From assembly GCA_963545205.1 (NCBI GenBank), contig CAUUHW010000002.1, positions 220,409 to 284,408 on the forward strand: DNA of 64,000 bases, read 5' to 3'. A model generated the notes under the pieces. That model did no database searches. It was given only the letters and a program-made list of their open reading frames with translations, and had not been told where the DNA came from. The position numbers and the translations under genes were made by a program. Shown here in pieces: positions 60,637-64,000 of the stretch; the first letter of the stretch is position 1; each line of letters begins with the position of its first letter. The stretch comes from an uncultured Desulfovibrionales bacterium. GTDB taxonomy: Bacteria; Desulfobacterota; Desulfovibrionia; Desulfovibrionales; Desulfomicrobiaceae.

Positions 60637-61600
60637 TCTTCCTACCTCTGAAGGTTTACTCCTTTTGCCCCATATTCAGATACAAAATGCCAATGCCATT
60701 TCTTCTTCCCTAACCTGGGGATTTCCGTCCATAACCGCATTTGCGGGGCTGATGTGGGCTTTGGAACGGCGCTGCCAGTGCTTGGAACTGCCATTAATTT
60801 TTGAAAGTGTGGGTGTGGTCTGCCATTCGTTTCAAACACAAGTCAGCCATACGGGCTTTCATAATATTTTTTGCCTGACTCGAAATCCACTGGACAAGGA
60901 CGGCAGCTCTGCTTCCATTATTGAGGAAGGCCGAATGCATCTTGATATCAGTCTGCTTTTTGGAGTCAGCGGAACATTCTTAACTGAACCCGAAGAAACA
61001 AAAGCCAGAATCGCGCAAACCATTATGGACATACTTTCCGCCATGCGTATTGCCGGAGGCAGTGTGTTGCCGTCCCGTAGATATTCCCGTTTGCAACCAT
61101 ACTTTTTTTCTATACCAGAAAATGAGGAAAACTCTTTTTTTGACAAACTTCGTTACCAACTCTTGCCGGGATTTACTTTGGTAGAACGCCCAGACTTGCT
61201 TGAAAAACGGCTTGACCTTCTGCGCCAGGAACGACCTGAGGCAACGCCCCTTGATGCCTGGCTGTCTCTTTCCCGTTTTAACTGGAAAGCGACCCAAGAG
61301 AACAGTCCGTCTGATGATAGCGATAGCGCGCCAAAGGTGAAATGGCAACATGACCGAAAAAACGCGGGCTGGATTGTACCCATTCCCTTGGGTTACACAG
61401 CCTTAACCCAAAAACAGGAGGCAGGCACAGTAGAGAGGACCCGCGACCCGAACATTCCGTTTTATTTCGTTGAAAGCGTGTATGGCATCGGAGAATGGAT
61501 TGCCCCGCACAGACTGAACACTATCAAACAGCTTCTCTGGTACGCCAAAAACGAAGAGGGGTTGTTTCGCTGTTACAATTCATACATAAATTTTTTATAG
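60629..61600 (+). CDS. cas5f: Csy2 / Cas5f
   Basis: LLLLPHIQIQNANAISSSLTWGFPSITAFAGL, NPLDKDGSSASIIEEGRMHLDISLLFGV, RLLPGFTLV and GWIVPIPLGYTAL are collinear with Csy2. Overlaps csy1 by 8 nt. Confidence 0.95.
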   Translation: MPDLPTSEGLLLLPHIQIQNANAISSSLTWGFPSITAFAGLMWALERRCQCLELPLIFESVGVVCHSFQTQVSHTGFHNIFCLTRNPLDKDGSSASIIEEGRMHLDISLLFGVSGTFLTEPEETKARIAQTIMDILSAMRIAGGSVLPSRRYSRLQPYFFSIPENEENSFFDKLRYQLLPGFTLVERPDLLEKRLDLLRQERPEATPLDAWLSLSRFNWKATQENSPSDDSDSAPKVKWQHDRKNAGWIVPIPLGYTALTQKQEAGTVERTRDPNIPFYFVESVYGIGEWIAPHRLNTIKQLLWYAKNEEGLFRCYNSYINFL

Positions 61601-61612
61601 GAGGTTTTAATT

Positions 61613-62641
61613 ATGACCACGACATTGAAAACTGCATCTGTTTTGGCTTTTGAACGCAAACTGGATCCTTCTGATGCCCTGTTTTTTTCCGGCAACTGGA
61701 ACGACAGTGACAACGAATCAGCTTGGAATCCTGTTAAGATTCGGGAAAAATCCGTTCGGGGAACAATTTCCAACCGTTTGAAAGCGAAAGAGCAAGACCC
61801 GACCAAGCTTGATTCAGCTATTGAAAATCCCAACTTACAGACTGTCGATATCTGTGCCTTACCCGCAAATGCCGACACCCTGAAAACCGTCTTTTCCCTG
61901 CGCATACTGGAAGGAACAGGCCAGCCTTCGGCCTGTAATTCCCCTGAATACAGGAACAGGCTGACAAAAGTTGTCAACAGCTACTCCCAGAAATACGGCT
62001 TTGAAGAACTGGCCCGGCGGTATGCCTTTAATCTGGCCAATGGCCGTTTCCTCTGGCGTAACCGTATTGGCGCCGAAGATATAAAAATCAGAATTGACCA
62101 TCTGGAGCAAGGAACGACCAGGGATTCATGGACATTTTCTGCTCTGGATATACCGCTTCGTTCATTTACTGCCCCTGATTCTGTACAAAAGGACGTGGAA
62201 TCTCTTGGCAAACTGATAGCTCAAGGATTACGCGATGAAAAGCACGTTCTGCTTCAGATAACGGCATTTGTTCGTGTAGGGAAAGGGCTGGAAGTCTATC
62301 CGTCTCAGGAGCTGATTATGGATCGTGGCCGTGGCAATAAAAGCAAAACACTCTATGCAGTTGAAGACGTGGCTGCCATTCATTCCCAAAAAATAGGCAA
62401 TGCCATTCGGACCGTAGATAACTGGTACCCTGATGCCGCAGAAACAGGCCCTATTGCTGTTGAACCTTACGGTGCAGTAACAACGCAAGGAAAAGCCTAC
62501 AGACAGCCCAAAGCCAAAACAGATTTTTACTCACTATTTGACAACTGGATGATGAAAGACATTGCCCCGTCTAGTGAACAACAGCACTATGTTATGGCGG
62601 TTTTGATTCGTGGCGGCGTCTTTGGAGACAAAAATGACTAA
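61613..62641 (+). CDS. cas7f: Csy3 / Cas7f backbone subunit
   Basis: TASVLAFERKLDPSDALFFSG...VREKSVRGTISNRLK...ELARRYAFNLANGRFLWRNRIGAE...IAVEPYGAVTTQGKAYRQPK is near-collinear with Csy3. Confidence 0.96.
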   Translation: MTTTLKTASVLAFERKLDPSDALFFSGNWNDSDNESAWNPVKIREKSVRGTISNRLKAKEQDPTKLDSAIENPNLQTVDICALPANADTLKTVFSLRILEGTGQPSACNSPEYRNRLTKVVNSYSQKYGFEELARRYAFNLANGRFLWRNRIGAEDIKIRIDHLEQGTTRDSWTFSALDIPLRSFTAPDSVQKDVESLGKLIAQGLRDEKHVLLQITAFVRVGKGLEVYPSQELIMDRGRGNKSKTLYAVEDVAAIHSQKIGNAIRTVDNWYPDAAETGPIAVEPYGAVTTQGKAYRQPKAKTDFYSLFDNWMMKDIAPSSEQQHYVMAVLIRGGVFGDKND

Positions 62642-63209
62642 TATTGACCATTATCTGGATATTACCATCTTGCCGAATACAGAGATTTCCGGCAACCAGA
62701 TTATGAGTATCCTGTTTGAAAAATTGCATTTAGCGCTGGTCAGCTATGGCCAAAAAGATATTGGCGTCAGCTTTCCAGATGCCAATATAGAGGCGCAGCA
62801 AACAGGATCGCAGTTGCGGTTGCACGGACAACAAAAAAGCCTTGCAACCCTTATGGCAAGTGGCTGGGCAACACGTTTTCATGATTATGCGCTTATTTCC
62901 GACATACTGCAGGTACCGGAACATACCATGTTCCGAACAGTTTTCAGGGTACAGGAAAAACAAAGCAACCCTGAACGGTTACGCCGCAGAGCCATGAAAC
63001 GGCATGGATTTGATGAGGAAGAAGCAAAAAAACGTATCCCTGATCAGGCACAAAAACATCTGCGCTTGCCCTTTATTGAAATGAAAAGCTACAGCAGTGC
63101 CCAACGGTTCAGACTTTTTTTTGATTATGGACAGTTGGAGGCAATCTCTCATGAGGGAAAATTTAATACGTATGGATTTTCCCGTACAACAACGGTTCCC
63201 TGGTTTTAA
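62634..63209 (+). CDS. cas6f: Csy4 / Cas6f crRNA endoribonuclease
   Basis: DHYLDITILP...IMSILFEKLHLALV...IGVSFPD...SNPERLRRRAMKRHGFDEEEAKKRIPD...FNTYGFSRTTTVPWF is collinear with Csy4. Overlaps the csy3 stop. Confidence 0.96.
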   Translation: MTNIDHYLDITILPNTEISGNQIMSILFEKLHLALVSYGQKDIGVSFPDANIEAQQTGSQLRLHGQQKSLATLMASGWATRFHDYALISDILQVPEHTMFRTVFRVQEKQSNPERLRRRAMKRHGFDEEEAKKRIPDQAQKHLRLPFIEMKSYSSAQRFRLFFDYGQLEAISHEGKFNTYGFSRTTTVPWF

Positions 63210-63337
63210 CCCTTTCAGGAAAACATAAAAAATATTTTTAAATTCCAATAGGTTAAAAAACACAAAAAACTTTAGGAATGCAACTGTACAACCAGATAAC
63301 AATTTAATATAAAAAAGTTTATGAAAAATTATCTGGA
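63210..63337 (+). promoter_or_regulatory. AT-rich CRISPR leader
   Basis: 128-nt A/T-rich non-coding stretch between the cas6f stop and the first repeat. Repeat orientation (...GGCAGATTAGAAA) indicates plus-strand transcription. Confidence 0.6.
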
Positions 63338-63425
63338 GATTACTGCCGCATAGGCAGATTAGAAATACAACCAGCTCCCCCACAGATACGAAAAACGGAT
63401 TACTGCCGCATAGGCAGATTAGAGA
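63338..63425 (+). CRISPR. minimal type I-F CRISPR array: 2 repeats, 1 spacer
   Basis: R1 is GATTACTGCCGCATAGGCAGATTAGAAA (63338-365). The 32-nt spacer is TACAACCAGCTCCCCCACAGATACGAAAAACG (63366-397). R2 is identical except ...TTAGAGA (63398-425). The repeat aligns with the canonical I-F GTTCACTGCCGTATAGGCAGCTAAGAAA. Confidence 0.9.
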
Positions 63426-63446
63426 GGTTTAACAATCGACATCCGA

Positions 63447-63474
63447 GATTTGCCGCATATAGAACAATATACTT
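63447..63474 (+). repeat. eroded third repeat at the trailer end of the array
   Basis: GATTTGCCGCATATAGAACAATAT... keeps GATT..TGCCGCATA but has lost the hairpin 3' half. It lies only 21 nt after R2. Confidence 0.45.
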
Positions 63475-63557
63475 TCAACAGAGGAGGCCTCTATATTTAA
63501 GAGATAACATGAAATCGCTGCAATACGCGCTTATACTTTTTTTAAAAAATTACATGG

Positions 63558-63761
63558 TTGTGTCGGACTTTTGTCAAGACAGTCTTTTGCCTGTTTGTGA
63601 TTCTGGCAACCTTTGCATATTTATTTCTGATTGTTGTCAGATTCATATTCGACTTGATTCTGGCTGCAGGTGAGCTGGTTATGGGCATCATCTTTTTTGT
63701 GTCTGTTGTTATCCTGATAGCCGCACTCATTATCGCAGCTGTCAGGGCATGCACATTGTAA
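63558..63761 (+). CDS. possible small two-TM membrane protein
   Basis: 67-aa TTG-initiated ORF, very hydrophobic (FCLFVILATFAYLFLIVV..., GIIFFVSVVILIAALIIAAV), in AT-rich DNA. No homology recognised. Confidence 0.3.
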   Translation: MCRTFVKTVFCLFVILATFAYLFLIVVRFIFDLILAAGELVMGIIFFVSVVILIAALIIAAVRACTL

Positions 63762-64000
63762 AGCTGCTGTCCCTTTTGCCCTCTCAAGAGCAACGATTTG
63801 AGCCCGCCCCCAACAGCTGTTATTCCATACCTACCCGATTAAAGACCGAAAAATAGCTTCCTCCATCCAAAACCAATTCCCCCAATTCTTAATTTTGTCC
63901 ACTTCATTGACAAAGGAAAGAACAACCATATAAGCAGAAAAAAGAAAACATTCGCTATCACTTTGTGTTTTTTATGGTTTATATTGCCAATAAGCTGTAT

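Noticed and set aside
63287-63295. The first 9 nt of the only CRISPR spacer (TACAACCAG) also occur in the array leader (63287-63295), which hints at a self-target like the one found for the mini-CRISPR.
   Set aside because: The leader copy is preceded by TG rather than the CC PAM, and identity stops after 9 nt. I cannot exclude chance or a small local duplication, and it is not enough for a regulatory claim.

Overview
This 64-kb window comes from a Gram-negative bacterium. The gene content (pilMNOPQ, BamD, an atpF'-F-H-A-G-D-C operon without atpB/E, RNase Y, an F390-synthetase-like ligase) resembles Desulfobacterota/deltaproteobacteria, but that is only a taxonomic guess. All calls come from reading the supplied translations and the raw DNA for family motifs and synteny. 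No database search or folding program was run.

About 60 protein genes are supported, and most are housekeeping:
- 1.1-11.8 kb (minus strand): cmk, hisC, pilQPONM, a USP protein, an EF-G paralogue, bamD and trxA.
- 12-21 kb: rfbA, an MFS transporter, mutM, a ChaN-like protein, a PaaK-like ligase, an AraC regulator and an ArsR / HMA / P1B-ATPase metal module.
- 21.7-27 kb (minus strand): a BMP-family ABC importer plus gpt.
- 27.2-49 kb (plus strand, co-directional): mreBCD-mrdA-rodA, the ATP synthase genes, glmU, zapA, rny, tyrS, thrC and pyc.
- 50.2-54.7 kb (minus strand): ybeY, phoH, an NFACT protein, a DksA-like protein and a CgeB-like protein.

I found no rRNA or tRNA genes.

The accessory content is a complete type I-F1 CRISPR-Cas locus at 54.8-63.4 kb (cas1, cas2-3, csy1-4) with only a one-spacer array. 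An AT-rich scar at 49.0-50.2 kb carries an IS orfA pseudogene and a solitary degenerate I-F repeat.

The most interesting signal is a degenerate two-repeat mini-CRISPR in the cas2/3-cas8f intergenic region. Its 25-nt pseudo-spacer matches, next to a CC PAM, the -35/-10 spacer of the predicted cas8f promoter 7 nt downstream. This is the architecture of a CreR/CreA-type Cas-regulating RNA.

Other points worth a second look:
- a likely 6S RNA downstream of zapA;
- a decayed trxB remnant after trxA;
- a perfect 27-bp in-frame tandem duplication in the conserved hinge motif of the metal ATPase;
- a 7 x 21-bp coding tandem repeat;
- a frameshifted ZapB-like ORF;
- an MreC whose membrane anchor lies upstream of any canonical start codon.
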